A stretch of DNA of 64,000 nt from Alphaproteobacteria bacterium (GCA_049602055.1 JBMYRG010000003.1:112495-176494); one strand, 5' to 3'; positions 51,651 to 61,767 are shown, counted from the first letter of the stretch. Notes: generated from the letters alone by a model not told the origin. Made by a program: numbers and translations.

Positions 51651-52547
51651 TTATTTGCCGATTGGGCCCAAAACGGAGCCAAAAAAGACTTCTGCGGCTG
51701 GTCCAGCCATACCGCGACCACTATGGGCTATGCCGGAAACCTCCTTGAGTCGCCACAAGAACGGGATCTCCAAAGAACGCGCCACCTCTTTTGATTGCTG
51801 ATAGAATCTGCGTCCACGGGCGAGGCGATGCGGCCCCTGTGCATTGGCCTCATCCGTGCGGCGTAAACTCTTATGGGTTTCATCGTTGTCGCCTTGACCC
51901 AGCAGGATAGTCAACTTACGTCCAAAAGCCCGGCGCAGCGTCTCCATATCGGCTGGAGCGTCTCTCAGCCCATACGGAAACTCGATGGCGAAATTCGGCT
52001 CGGTATACCAGCCAGCATTGGCCGCCACGGCGGTGATCATTTTGTTCGAAGGAGCAAAGATGATCATCCGGTGCACGAACTGGGAGCCAGCCGAGTGACC
52101 GAACAGGTAATATCTCTGTTGCCCAAATCCGAGCTGTACACGGGCTTGATCAAACACCCGATCTATGACCGGAAACGACCAGACTGATCGTGGCAAGGTG
52201 TCCCCCGATCCATTTTTCAGATTGCCAAGATTAAAGCGACGTGACCCTCGATAATTCTTGCGACTGAATTCGGGAGCCAGAATAAGCGCGCCGTAAAGCT
52301 GTGCTATCTCAGCAAAATAATGTCGATAATCAGCTGCATTTCGATTGAGACCATGAACGACAATTAGTACCGGTCCGTCCCGCTTAAAACTCGAGGGTCG
52401 GTAATAATAAACGTCCATAGGAGCGGAGACTTCGCCACGGCCATCATCCACCGAGATAACGCCAAGGTCACCGGGTAGCGATATACAGCCAGACAGAAAA
52501 AGGACCAACAAGAAACCAGACCAACGCAGTAATCTTAACAAATGCAT
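51651..52547 (-). CDS. alpha/beta hydrolase lipoprotein (esterase / PHB-depolymerase-like)
   Basis: 298 aa. Lipobox LSGC, nucleophile elbow GHSAGS, HG oxyanion motif. Confidence 0.55.
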   Translation of the reverse strand: MHLLRLLRWSGFLLVLFLSGCISLPGDLGVISVDDGRGEVSAPMDVYYYRPSSFKRDGPVLIVVHGLNRNAADYRHYFAEIAQLYGALILAPEFSRKNYRGSRRFNLGNLKNGSGDTLPRSVWSFPVIDRVFDQARVQLGFGQQRYYLFGHSAGSQFVHRMIIFAPSNKMITAVAANAGWYTEPNFAIEFPYGLRDAPADMETLRRAFGRKLTILLGQGDNDETHKSLRRTDEANAQGPHRLARGRRFYQQSKEVARSLEIPFLWRLKEVSGIAHSGRGMAGPAAEVFFGSVLGPIGK

Positions 52548-52551
52548 TTAG

Positions 52552-53442
52552 TTACTTCTGTAATCTCTTCAGCTGGGCTTCACGGTGCGCAATGTATGCT
52601 GAAGACGCAAATATTAGCGCACCACCGACCCACACCCATATATCCGGCACCTCCGAAAAGGCAAGCCATCCAATGAGCGCCGCAAACGGCAGTCGAATAA
52701 ACTCAAACGGAAACACCGCTGTCGCATCCGCCGCGGCAAAAGCTCGACCCATAAACCTCTGATTAAGCGTCGCTAAAAGCCCAACCCCGATCATCAGAGC
52801 GACTTGTTCCAATGTCGGTGTCGTCCAGAACATCAAAGCGGGAATCAATATCAACGGCGTCGCATAGAGCATCAGATAAAAGACGATCTTATCCGGATGA
52901 TCCGTGCGGGTGGCGTATTTGATAATCGAACTACTCGCCGCGGTGAATAAGGCCCCCAGCAAAACAAGGAGCGCCCCAATATTCACCTCATCAAACCCTG
53001 GACGAAGAATAATCAGAGCACCGCAGAATCCAGCGACCAAAGCCGCAATCCGGCGGAAATGAATTCTTTCACCCAAAAACAGCAATACCAAGATAGTGCC
53101 AAATAGCGGTGCGGTGAAAAACAACGCCATTGAGTCTGAAACGGGCAGCATCGCGGCACCTGGGAAAAATGTCAGAAGAAACCCAACACCGATGAAGCCA
53201 CGAAAGGCGTAAATCTTGTGATTTTCACTTTGCCAAATAGGGGCTCCAATCCTGATAGCGAAAGGCAACATACAAACAAGGTTTGTAAAACACCGAAAGA
53301 AGGCAATCTCAAATGGGTGAATTTCCTGCGCCACATCGCGAATAAGCGTTGTCATGATGGTGAAGCTCAACGCCGCCGCCGTCATCCAGATACCGCCCTG
53401 AACCGTCGGCGATAATCCGCTAATAAATTTAGAGGGGGCCAT
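52552..53442 (-). CDS. DMT superfamily (EamA-like) transporter
   Basis: 296 aa, 10 TM, duplicated EamA halves. Confidence 0.7.
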   Translation of the reverse strand: MAPSKFISGLSPTVQGGIWMTAAALSFTIMTTLIRDVAQEIHPFEIAFFRCFTNLVCMLPFAIRIGAPIWQSENHKIYAFRGFIGVGFLLTFFPGAAMLPVSDSMALFFTAPLFGTILVLLFLGERIHFRRIAALVAGFCGALIILRPGFDEVNIGALLVLLGALFTAASSSIIKYATRTDHPDKIVFYLMLYATPLILIPALMFWTTPTLEQVALMIGVGLLATLNQRFMGRAFAAADATAVFPFEFIRLPFAALIGWLAFSEVPDIWVWVGGALIFASSAYIAHREAQLKRLQK

Positions 53443-53617
53443 TAATTAAATAAACACATCAGGCCGTAACAGGCATCGAAAAAATGTCGAAATATTTCAT
53501 AGAAAATTACATCAAGAATGAAGGCCATCACCAGAACCGGCAGACAAACGAACATCACAAAATATAGCGCAGCCCATTTCGTGAAACATCGGCGCGGAAT
53601 ATGGATACCGGCAACAG

Positions 53618-54616
53618 TTGATACTTTGCGGAAAAACAATGTCATTAGACATAGAGTATAATGATATGAAGCCGAACGAAATCGTTAAGAAGGCGCAGGA
53701 TTTCGAGATTATCTGGGACAAAGGCGATCGCGCCCGCTGGGAGGGAGTCTCAAGCCAGGCTGGTCGATCGTCCCTTGAGCAATCCTGGATATACGGGGAA
53801 GCCGTTCGCGATCATTACTGCATGTCCATAAAACGGGCGGTAATACGCTCGGATGACAGGACGCTCGGTATATTTCAAATCTTCCAGAAACGGTTCATGG
53901 GCATTGCAACCTTAAGCCGTCTTGTACGTGGCCCGATATGGCTGGACCAGCAAGAAGAGGCAATGGCGGCAATTGCAAACTCGTTCTCACTCCCGCGCCG
54001 CAATCTTCTTTTCTGATCGCCAGAGCTTTCCGACACGCCAGAACATCTCGGTCAGATGCGTAAAATCGGCAAACGTCGAATGGTCACCGGCCTCAGTACC
54101 ACGTGGCTGGATATTTCAAAAACTGATGAGGAGTTGATGGAAGGCTTTTCAGGCAACTGGCGCAACATGTTGCGTGCAGCTGACAGAGCCAATCTTAAGA
54201 TCAGAATGAGGGATGACGGTAAGGGGGTCAGCACCCACCTGTCTGCCTATGAAGCGTTTCGTCAGCAAAAAAAGTTTGTCGGACCGCCGAGCGGATTGAT
54301 TCAGGCGATGAGCGATAACGGTCGCAAAGAAGACATCATCACCCTAACCGCAGGGACACCTCAACAGATCGTCGCGGGTGTCCTTTTTGTCTGCCACGGC
54401 AATAGCGCGACCTATTACACCAGCTGGAATACCGATGAAGGCCGTAACAGCCGGGCCCACAACCTTCTTCTTTGGCAAGCCCTTCAGGAACTCCGCGGCC
54501 ACGGAATCCGCTGGCTCGACCTTGGGGGTCTTAATACAGAATCAGCGGCTGGCATCGCCCGCTTTAAAATAGGCCTTGGTGGCGAGATCGTGACCCTCTC
54601 CGGCACTTACCTTTAA
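53618..54616 (+). pseudogene. FemAB-like / BioF2-like GNAT acyltransferase (Acetyltransf_6 type) split by a single in-frame TGA at 54014..54016
   Basis: Two same-frame ORFs. Read-through gives …ANSFSLPRRNLLF*SPELSDTPEHLGQMRKIGKRRMVTGL…, a continuous FemAB-family sequence. The N-terminal half carries SWIYGEA…GPIW, the C-terminal half the GNAT core. Confidence 0.5.
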
Positions 54617-54622
54617 GAATGA

Positions 54623-55177
54623 TCAGCCGCGCGGCGTTGACTCTTTCGATAAACGCGACACCCGACGCTTTGGCTTGGTATAGAATATATGTTGGCCAAT
54701 CTTGGCTTCCCGGCGCATATGGTTCGCCCAGTTTGGACTAACCGTCACCGCGTGATACCAAAGTGCCCCTTTCGTTGGATCTATCGTCACGCCCTTACGG
54801 ATAAGGTGCGCCACAAAGATCGCCTCGTACCACGACTTCACGTCACGAGGGGCATCGCTTTTGCCATCACACCACCAGGAAAACTGGCAGCGATGCAGCC
54901 GACGATGACCTCCCTGCCGAATGACTTTACAGACATGGTCAGGAAATCGCTTGTCCGCGACACGGTTCAGCACGACATGGCCAACCGAGATCTTCCCCAA
55001 CAATGGTTCGCCACGCGCTTCAAAATAGATATTCTGCGCCAGGCAAAACAACTCCGGCGACTTTTTATAAGTTTCTACTTTCATCGCTTGTGCCGAAAAC
55101 AAAATTGAAGAAAAAGTCCAAGTAATAAAAGAGAAGGATAAAATCCGACCCATAAAACCAACCCAATTTTTAACCAT
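54623..55177 (-). CDS. cell wall hydrolase, SleB family (Hydrolase_2)
   Basis: 184 aa. Signal peptide, then NIYFEARGEPLLGKISVGHVVLNRV…FPDHVCKVIRQ, characteristic of SleB-like lytic enzymes. 5' end is AT-rich. Confidence 0.75.
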   Translation of the reverse strand: MVKNWVGFMGRILSFSFITWTFSSILFSAQAMKVETYKKSPELFCLAQNIYFEARGEPLLGKISVGHVVLNRVADKRFPDHVCKVIRQGGHRRLHRCQFSWWCDGKSDAPRDVKSWYEAIFVAHLIRKGVTIDPTKGALWYHAVTVSPNWANHMRREAKIGQHIFYTKPKRRVSRLSKESTPRG

Positions 55178-55415
55178 AGTAAAATTTTATTTTTTGTCTT
55201 ATTGAGGTGAAGATGGGTTACCTTTGTATTTAATTTCAGGAAAAAATATTTATAATTTTATATATTTTTAAATAAACTTTTGAATATTAACTATATATTT
55301 TCTTTTATTTCAGCTGTTAATTGAACATTAAAATATACCTTCACTTCACAGTGAATTTTTATTTTTAAAATTTTCACGAAAAGAAACCCGAAATCTATGG
55401 TTAACGGGCAGACAG
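55178..55415. promoter_or_regulatory. about 240-bp AT-rich (>75% A+T) intergenic island with the palindrome TTCACaGTGAA
   Basis: It is upstream of the sleB-like gene and downstream of the monooxygenase gene. Composition is sharply atypical for the window. Likely promoter / UP-element or nucleoid-protein binding region. Confidence 0.4.
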
Positions 55416-56567
55416 CTATATCTCTATCGAGGTCGCATCAAAGGTAAACAACCAGTCATACCGCTCGCGCACTTTATCGGGTTGCCATTCGGTATCGACG
55501 TACCTCTGAGCTACAACCGGATCACCAAGCTGCGAATTATGAAATCGGTCTGCATTTTCATTTGAACCGCGGATCGTCCTGGCCGTGCGCTCAAGTCGTA
55601 ACGCTTCATAGCGTTGCAGTCCTGCTTCAACGTCGGACCCAAATTTCTCAATACACCGCGCCAGTACCATACCGTCTTCAATCGCCATCACCGCGCCTTG
55701 CGCCAGCATCGGCACCATGGCGTGACAGGCATCCCCAAGAAGAGTGATACGGCCCTCTGTCCAGCGTTCCATCGGCTCCCGGCGCATTAATGCCCATTTG
55801 TAGGGGATATCGATATTCTTGATCATGGTGTGAACGGTGTCATGCCAGCCTTCAAAATCAGCGAGACATTCCTCTGTCGTACCACGTGCCGTCCAGGATT
55901 CCACTGTCCAGCTATCTTTTTCCAGAATTCCAACGAAGTTTAATAAGGCACCATGGCGCACGAAGTAATGAACAATATGACCACCGGGTCCAACCCAGTT
56001 GGTGCCGACGGGTCGGACCAGCCCTTTCGGCAAATCATTGGCATCGATGATTCCGCGCCAGGCCAGCAGTCCGGAAAAGGTTTTATCTTCTTCGCCAAAC
56101 AGCGTCTGGCGGATATTGGAATGGGCGCCATCGGCGCCGATCAAGACATCACCAGAGACATCATCGTTATCTCTGAGGTGAAGGGTTACCCCAGTGTCAT
56201 CCTGACTACATTCGGTACAAAAGGCATTCAGGTGAATGGCATCAGATTTCTCTGCCCGTACCGCATCAACGAGTAACTGGTGAAGATCGGCCCGGTGGAA
56301 CATCAGATAAGGAAAGCCATAACGTTCAACGGATTCCGCGCCGAGATCAAACAGCTTCCAGGTCTGTCCCGAATTCCACATACGGATTTCTTTGCCACTC
56401 GGCTGCCAAGCGATCTTTTCCATCGCTTCGCCCAGACCGAGATAGGACAGGACCCGAGTGCCGTTGGCACTCATCTGGAAACCAGCACCAATTTCACCAA
56501 GCTGAGGGGCTTGTTCGAAGACGTCAACGTCGATGCCACGTTTGAGCATAGCCAAAGCAGCGGTCAA
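55416..56567 (-). CDS. FAD-dependent aromatic monooxygenase (salicylate / 3-hydroxybenzoate hydroxylase-like). The true start is likely at 56615.
   Basis: 383 aa from the TTG. DG and GD FAD motifs are present. The Rossmann motif HVLVAGAGIGGL is encoded in-frame upstream of the first ATG/GTG/TTG. An ATT codon at 56613..56615 lies 8 nt after a GAGGA SD and 1 nt after the aldolase stop. Confidence 0.8.
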   Translation of the reverse strand: MTAALAMLKRGIDVDVFEQAPQLGEIGAGFQMSANGTRVLSYLGLGEAMEKIAWQPSGKEIRMWNSGQTWKLFDLGAESVERYGFPYLMFHRADLHQLLVDAVRAEKSDAIHLNAFCTECSQDDTGVTLHLRDNDDVSGDVLIGADGAHSNIRQTLFGEEDKTFSGLLAWRGIIDANDLPKGLVRPVGTNWVGPGGHIVHYFVRHGALLNFVGILEKDSWTVESWTARGTTEECLADFEGWHDTVHTMIKNIDIPYKWALMRREPMERWTEGRITLLGDACHAMVPMLAQGAVMAIEDGMVLARCIEKFGSDVEAGLQRYEALRLERTARTIRGSNENADRFHNSQLGDPVVAQRYVDTEWQPDKVRERYDWLFTFDATSIEI

Positions 56568-56616
56568 TCCGCCGATACCGGCACCGGCGACCAGGACATG
56601 TGGGTTATCAGGAATT

Positions 56617-57336
56617 TTAAAGGTCCTCGCAACCCGCCCGGCGGCTGAGATATTCCCAGATTCGCTTATGACCGACGGTGGAAATTTTTGCTTTGTTTAA
56701 GGCGGCGTCAATTTCACCCTCAGACAAGAACTTTACCACCCCCATTTGCATAGCGGTGGTCTGAACCCGCGCATTGACGACTGCGTAGATCGCTGTCGTC
56801 ACCACTGTATGCAACGCCTCAGTGGCAACGGTGAGTCCGTGACCCCGCATGAGGACAAGACGGTTATCGCCAAGCGTCTCTGCCAGATCACGGCCATGAT
56901 CCATGTTTACGACCAGCATATCCGTATCGCCAAACTTGTCAGCTATATCCCAGACCGGGACTTCCTTGCCCATCCGCGACGCATTGTGAAACACTGGCTT
57001 CAATGGCACCGATGTAATACCAAATGGCAGAAGTGCCTCCGAATGGCTGTGAACCACGCCATTGACCTCAGGATGAAGTTCATAAACGGCGGCGTGAATA
57101 AAACGTTCTAGATAACCAGTCGATCCGTCCGGATCGATCATGTCACCAGAGAAGTCGAATTCCCGAATATCATCCAGCGTCACCAGCTCCGGGCTACGAG
57201 ACCGCGACAACAAAAACCGTTCTGGGTTTTCAGGATGACGCGCACTCACATGGCCGAAGCCATCCACAACTCCCTGATGCGCCAGAATTCGGTTCGCCAC
57301 CACGAGGTCACGACGCAGCTCATCCAGTTCAGACAT
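56617..57336 (-). CDS. class II aldolase / adducin family protein
   Basis: 239 aa. N-terminal ANRILA…GHVSARHP and metal-binding His residues typical of class II aldolases / decarboxylases. Confidence 0.8.
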   Translation of the reverse strand: MSELDELRRDLVVANRILAHQGVVDGFGHVSARHPENPERFLLSRSRSPELVTLDDIREFDFSGDMIDPDGSTGYLERFIHAAVYELHPEVNGVVHSHSEALLPFGITSVPLKPVFHNASRMGKEVPVWDIADKFGDTDMLVVNMDHGRDLAETLGDNRLVLMRGHGLTVATEALHTVVTTAIYAVVNARVQTTAMQMGVVKFLSEGEIDAALNKAKISTVGHKRIWEYLSRRAGCEDL

Positions 57337-57360
57337 ACGTTTTTACTCTTCGACTTATGA

Positions 57361-58167
57361 TTACTCTTGAACGACGTCGATCCAGATTCCATCGGGATCG
57401 GCCGTTTGATAAGAACCCAGCGCATTGCTGGCAAACAGCTCGCGACGCACCTCAGATTCCTCACTACCACCGAGACGGCGAGATGCCAGAAACGTGTTCT
57501 TTTCCCCTATCCGTTTTTCTTCGGCCTTAAAGGCATCCATATCTTTTACCTTGAACCCAATGTGATCAGGTCCCGGGCGCTTGATCGACATGCCTGCAAA
57601 AATCGAAACACTCCACGGCATGATCGACAGTGTCATCGTGCCATCAGTGAGATGGAAATTCGGGTCGCCTTCCTTGCGGTTGGAAAGCTGAAGTTCAAAA
57701 ACTTCCGAATAAAACTCGGCGCATTTCTCGGCATTCGGTGTACGGATCGCATACCGGTTAAAGGTGCAGTTGGCAGAGCTCTCAACGCCATCGGCGTAAA
57801 CATCGCGAAGATTCTTGCTGCCCTTTTCGGCCAGATCAAACACGTTACCGTCCGGGTCATGTCCTGAATAGGCGGCAAAGGGACGGATTGCGGGGCGTTT
57901 GACACAGGCAGCCCCCTCATAAGCGCCGGCCATACGTTCTTCGACTAGCTCGATACTGTCGACCACCATCCCGAAATGGTCGAGACCACCGACATAACCG
58001 TCCCGCCTCGGTATGATATTCAGACCAAGATTGCCGTCGCTGACAACGGACGCGCTTTCGAAATCATTCCGTCCTGAAGTCTCCAGCCCGAAGACCGATT
58101 GATAATATTTTTGCAAAAACGGGTACTGGTTACTGATAATCGCCATGTGATTGATATGAGCAAACAT
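57361..58167 (-). CDS. two-domain VOC family protein (glyoxalase / extradiol dioxygenase fold)
   Basis: 268 aa, two βαβββ modules with His/Glu metal ligands. Paralog of the next gene. Confidence 0.65.
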   Translation of the reverse strand: MFAHINHMAIISNQYPFLQKYYQSVFGLETSGRNDFESASVVSDGNLGLNIIPRRDGYVGGLDHFGMVVDSIELVEERMAGAYEGAACVKRPAIRPFAAYSGHDPDGNVFDLAEKGSKNLRDVYADGVESSANCTFNRYAIRTPNAEKCAEFYSEVFELQLSNRKEGDPNFHLTDGTMTLSIMPWSVSIFAGMSIKRPGPDHIGFKVKDMDAFKAEEKRIGEKNTFLASRRLGGSEESEVRRELFASNALGSYQTADPDGIWIDVVQE

Positions 58168-58189
58168 TGTCTAACTCCCTGTAAGGATT

Positions 58190-59023
58190 TTATTCTTCTG
58201 ATGCGCCGATATAGACGCCTTCGATATCTGTGAGATGATAATCGTTTAACGGCACGCTTTGGAATAGTCCGAGGCGTGCTTTTCCTTCATCGCCATAGCC
58301 CAGCGGGCGCGAACGCATCAGCGGATTTTGACCGGTTAGATCTTCAAGGTCGTCCTTAAGCGCGTCAATGCTCTCTACTTTAAAGCCGATATGGTCGGGA
58401 CCAAGGCGTTGTGGATCCATGCCGAAATAGTCATCCATATTCCATTGCAGGACCGCGAGGGTCATCCGGCCATCAGACAGATAAAAATTTGGATCGCCCT
58501 CCTTCTTGTTGAGCAGGTTCAACTCAAACACCTCTGAATAAAATTCGGCACAGCGTTCAGCATGGCGGGTGCGCAAGGCGAAATGGCTAAACTTGCGAAC
58601 CGTCTCCTCACGGGCCTCGGAATAGATATCCTTTTGCATCTTCTTTTCCGACAGATCGAAGATGTTTGTATCGGGGTCGTGCGCACTATAGGCCGCGAAA
58701 GGGCGAACGGGTGGCCGTTTTAAGAGCTTGATCGTCGGATCGAACTTATCGATCCGGGCGCGCGCTTCTTCAAGATCTTCAACCTCCAGGCCAAAATGAT
58801 CGAGGCCGCTCGTACGACCTTCGCGCCGTGGAATAATATTCATCCCAACATAGCCATCACTCACGACGACCGCCCGCGCTGGACGCGGGTTCTTCGCAGT
58901 CTTGAGACCAAACAGCGCTTCGTAGAACTTTGCATTAATTGCGTAATGATCCGTACAGATCGCAATGTGATTCAATCGAGCAAACATAGGCCCATCCCGG
59001 CGGTGATCATCATTATTCAGCAA
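58190..59023 (-). CDS. two-domain VOC family protein (tandem paralog)
   Basis: 277 aa, about 45% identical to the previous ORF (MFARLNHIAIC… vs MFAHINHMAII…). Confidence 0.65.
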   Translation of the reverse strand: MLNNDDHRRDGPMFARLNHIAICTDHYAINAKFYEALFGLKTAKNPRPARAVVVSDGYVGMNIIPRREGRTSGLDHFGLEVEDLEEARARIDKFDPTIKLLKRPPVRPFAAYSAHDPDTNIFDLSEKKMQKDIYSEAREETVRKFSHFALRTRHAERCAEFYSEVFELNLLNKKEGDPNFYLSDGRMTLAVLQWNMDDYFGMDPQRLGPDHIGFKVESIDALKDDLEDLTGQNPLMRSRPLGYGDEGKARLGLFQSVPLNDYHLTDIEGVYIGASEE

Positions 59024-59135
59024 ATCCTATCACAGCATTCTTTACCGCCCAACCAATTGAGAATCTACATTTGAAGTCCCGAGATGTCGTGATATCGTCA
59101 CCTCGATTTAGACAAACATAAAAATTTTCAGGGAG

Positions 59136-60179
59136 ATGATAATGAATCGATTATTGATTGCAGCATTACCACTAGCAGGATTGGTACTGGCTGTCCCGGC
59201 CAATGCCGACGCCGTCGCTGATTTTTATAAGGAAAAAACTGTCACAGCCATTTCCGGTGGTGGTGCTGGTGGCGGTTTCTCTTTCGTCGCACGGGTTCTT
59301 GGCCGTCACATGGCCGACAACATTCCCGGCAAACCGACATGGGTTGTGAAAGCTATGCCTGGGGCCGGTGGCGCGCGTTCGATCAAATATATCGTCAATG
59401 CGGCAGCGCAGGACGGCACAACAATCGGAGCGGTTCTGCCGCCATCAATCATTTCACCATTGCTGCGCAAAAATGTTGGTTATGATTCTGCCAAGCTGCA
59501 ATGGATCGGCTCGGTTACTGACCAGGCCTCTGTTCTGGTTGCCTGGAAAACCTCTCCCGCCAAGTCGCTTGAAAAAATCAAAAAAGTTCAAGTAACTACA
59601 GCAACATCCAGCAAATTATCGAGCGGTTATCTGTTCCCGGCCTGGATGAACGCAACCATCGGCACCAAATTCAAGATTATTCCTGGCTATCGCGGTGCTG
59701 ACCGTCAAAACGCCGCCATGGAAACCGGCGAAGTCAATGGTCGCAGCAGCTTCTATAATAGCTTCAAAACAACCAAGCCGCATTGGCTCAAAGATAAGAC
59801 GATCATCCCGCTTGTTTATATGGGACCAAAAACAGTGGACCTTAAGGGTGTCCCTTATATGATGGATTTGATGAAAACCAAGGAACAGCGCGAGATCGCC
59901 AACTTCCTGCAAACCGGCTCTCAAGTCGGTAACGGCTTCTTTGTCTCACCAGCTGTCCCCAAGGCACGTGTCATGGCATTGCGGGCTGCGTTTAACAAGA
60001 CGGTTACCAGCACGGCGTTCCTGGCTGAGGCGAAAAAACGCAGCATGATCGTCGCACCGGTCCGCGGTGAGGAGCTTGATGCGATTGTCGCGGCGGCGAT
60101 GAAAACGTCCCCGGTAACCATCAATAAATTCAAAAAGATGGTCAAAATCGACAAGTTGAAAAGCAAAAAGAAGAAATAG
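59136..60179 (+). CDS. tripartite tricarboxylate transporter substrate-binding protein (TctC / Bug family)
   Basis: 347 aa. Signal peptide, then the ISGGGAGGGFSFVARVL…MPGAGGA pattern of Bug/TctC proteins. No tctA/tctB in the window. Confidence 0.7.
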   Translation: MIMNRLLIAALPLAGLVLAVPANADAVADFYKEKTVTAISGGGAGGGFSFVARVLGRHMADNIPGKPTWVVKAMPGAGGARSIKYIVNAAAQDGTTIGAVLPPSIISPLLRKNVGYDSAKLQWIGSVTDQASVLVAWKTSPAKSLEKIKKVQVTTATSSKLSSGYLFPAWMNATIGTKFKIIPGYRGADRQNAAMETGEVNGRSSFYNSFKTTKPHWLKDKTIIPLVYMGPKTVDLKGVPYMMDLMKTKEQREIANFLQTGSQVGNGFFVSPAVPKARVMALRAAFNKTVTSTAFLAEAKKRSMIVAPVRGEELDAIVAAAMKTSPVTINKFKKMVKIDKLKSKKKK

Positions 60180-60184
60180 AACTG

Positions 60185-61735
60185 ATGCCCGAAGGCACTG
60201 TTAAATTGTCAAATACGGAGGCGGATAGATTCCGCCTCCGTAATTTTGTCGACGCGCTCATTGCCGCCGATGAGCTTGAGATCGTCGAGACGCCTACCGA
60301 GCTTGCTGATCTCACGTCCCACATGGATGGCAATGAAAAAGCTGTCCTATTTCAAAAAGCCGGGCCAGAAGAGGCTGAGATTATCGGCAATGCCGGCGCA
60401 AGCCGATCTCGCCTGGCCCTCGCCTTTGGCGTTGCCGAACCTGATCTGTTACCAGAACTTCTGAAACGGCTCGCCACCAAGCAACCCATTGAGACCATTG
60501 ATAAAGACGATGCACCGGTACAGGAAATCGTCTGGACCGGTGATGAGGCCGACTTCACCAAACTTCCGGTACCGTTCCAGCATGGCCGCGACGGCGGGCC
60601 TTATCTCTCCGCGACGCTCGATTTCACGATCAACCCGGAAACCGGAATGACCAATCTTGGCTGCCGCCGCATGATGTTACGCGGCCGCCGTGAAGCAGGT
60701 GTTGATCTCAATGCCCCGAGTGACCTGCGGGCTATCTACGAAGCCGCTTCAAGACGCGGAGAAAAATTGCCCGTCAGCTTTGTCCTCGGCGCCCACCCGA
60801 TAGATTATGTCGCTGCAACCATGAGAGTCCCGGTTGACGAGACTGGACTGCTCGCCTCCTTGCGCGGCGAACCGCTAAAGCTCGTTAAAAGCATCACCAA
60901 TGACATTCTGGTTCCGGCTGATGCTGAGATGGTGATCGAGGGTTATCTAGACGAACATGGCTATGTCGAAGACGAAGGACCATTCGGAGAATTTGCCGGC
61001 TATTACGGGGTGATGAAAAAGAATCCGGTCTTTCATTTGACCGCCATCACCAAGCGCTCAGACGCTTTATTCCAGACCGCCACAATCAGCGGGCCTTATA
61101 TCGGGCGCACGGACACTGCCGTTCTCAACACGTTAAAATCGGAGGCTGTCGTCTGGCGGGCCCTGCAAACAGCCATCCGCGAGCCGGTAGCCGTCAACGC
61201 GACCGGTGCTGGAGCCGGTATGTTCAATTTGCGGATATCAATGCGACCCCGTGTCCCCGGCGAAGCACAAAACGCCATCGCCGCCGCCTTTGGCTGTCTT
61301 GCCAATGTGAAGAACGTGTTTGTGGTCAATGACGACATTGATATTTTTGACAATGACCAGATGGAATGGGCATTGGCGACACGCTTTCAGCCCGACCGGG
61401 ACCTCGTGGTACAGGGCGGCATGCGAACCCTGCCACTCGACCCTTCTCTTTACGGTGCCAGGGTTGGCTCTAAAGCAGGGTTTGATTTGACTATCCCTAA
61501 CGACAAGAGAAGTTCGATCGAATTCACGGTCCCGGCACCCCCGACAATGTCTGGCGAAAAGTTCGAGAGTGTTCGCGCCGCCCTTGAGGACGGACCGAAG
61601 AGCTACGAACAGCTTATGGGCGCCATCGGTACCCGCGATGGCCGCGACGTCGTTCTGGCACTCGATGAAATCCGTTCGGAAGGAAATCTCAGCCGATTGA
61701 AAGAGGGCGAATACTGCCTAAGTGATAAGGGCTGA
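60185..61735 (+). CDS. UbiD-family (prFMN-dependent) decarboxylase
   Basis: 516 aa. UbiD N-terminal domain, conserved VVNDDIDIFDNDQMEWALATRFQPDRDL segment, about 60-aa C-terminal extension. No ubiX nearby. Confidence 0.8.
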   Translation: MPEGTVKLSNTEADRFRLRNFVDALIAADELEIVETPTELADLTSHMDGNEKAVLFQKAGPEEAEIIGNAGASRSRLALAFGVAEPDLLPELLKRLATKQPIETIDKDDAPVQEIVWTGDEADFTKLPVPFQHGRDGGPYLSATLDFTINPETGMTNLGCRRMMLRGRREAGVDLNAPSDLRAIYEAASRRGEKLPVSFVLGAHPIDYVAATMRVPVDETGLLASLRGEPLKLVKSITNDILVPADAEMVIEGYLDEHGYVEDEGPFGEFAGYYGVMKKNPVFHLTAITKRSDALFQTATISGPYIGRTDTAVLNTLKSEAVVWRALQTAIREPVAVNATGAGAGMFNLRISMRPRVPGEAQNAIAAAFGCLANVKNVFVVNDDIDIFDNDQMEWALATRFQPDRDLVVQGGMRTLPLDPSLYGARVGSKAGFDLTIPNDKRSSIEFTVPAPPTMSGEKFESVRAALEDGPKSYEQLMGAIGTRDGRDVVLALDEIRSEGNLSRLKEGEYCLSDKG

Positions 61736-61767
61736 TAAAACAGAATAACCAGGGCGGCGCTAAAACG

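Noticed and set aside
54014-54016. In-frame TGA as selenocysteine
   Set aside because: No downstream SECIS-like hairpin is apparent. The family is not a known selenoprotein.
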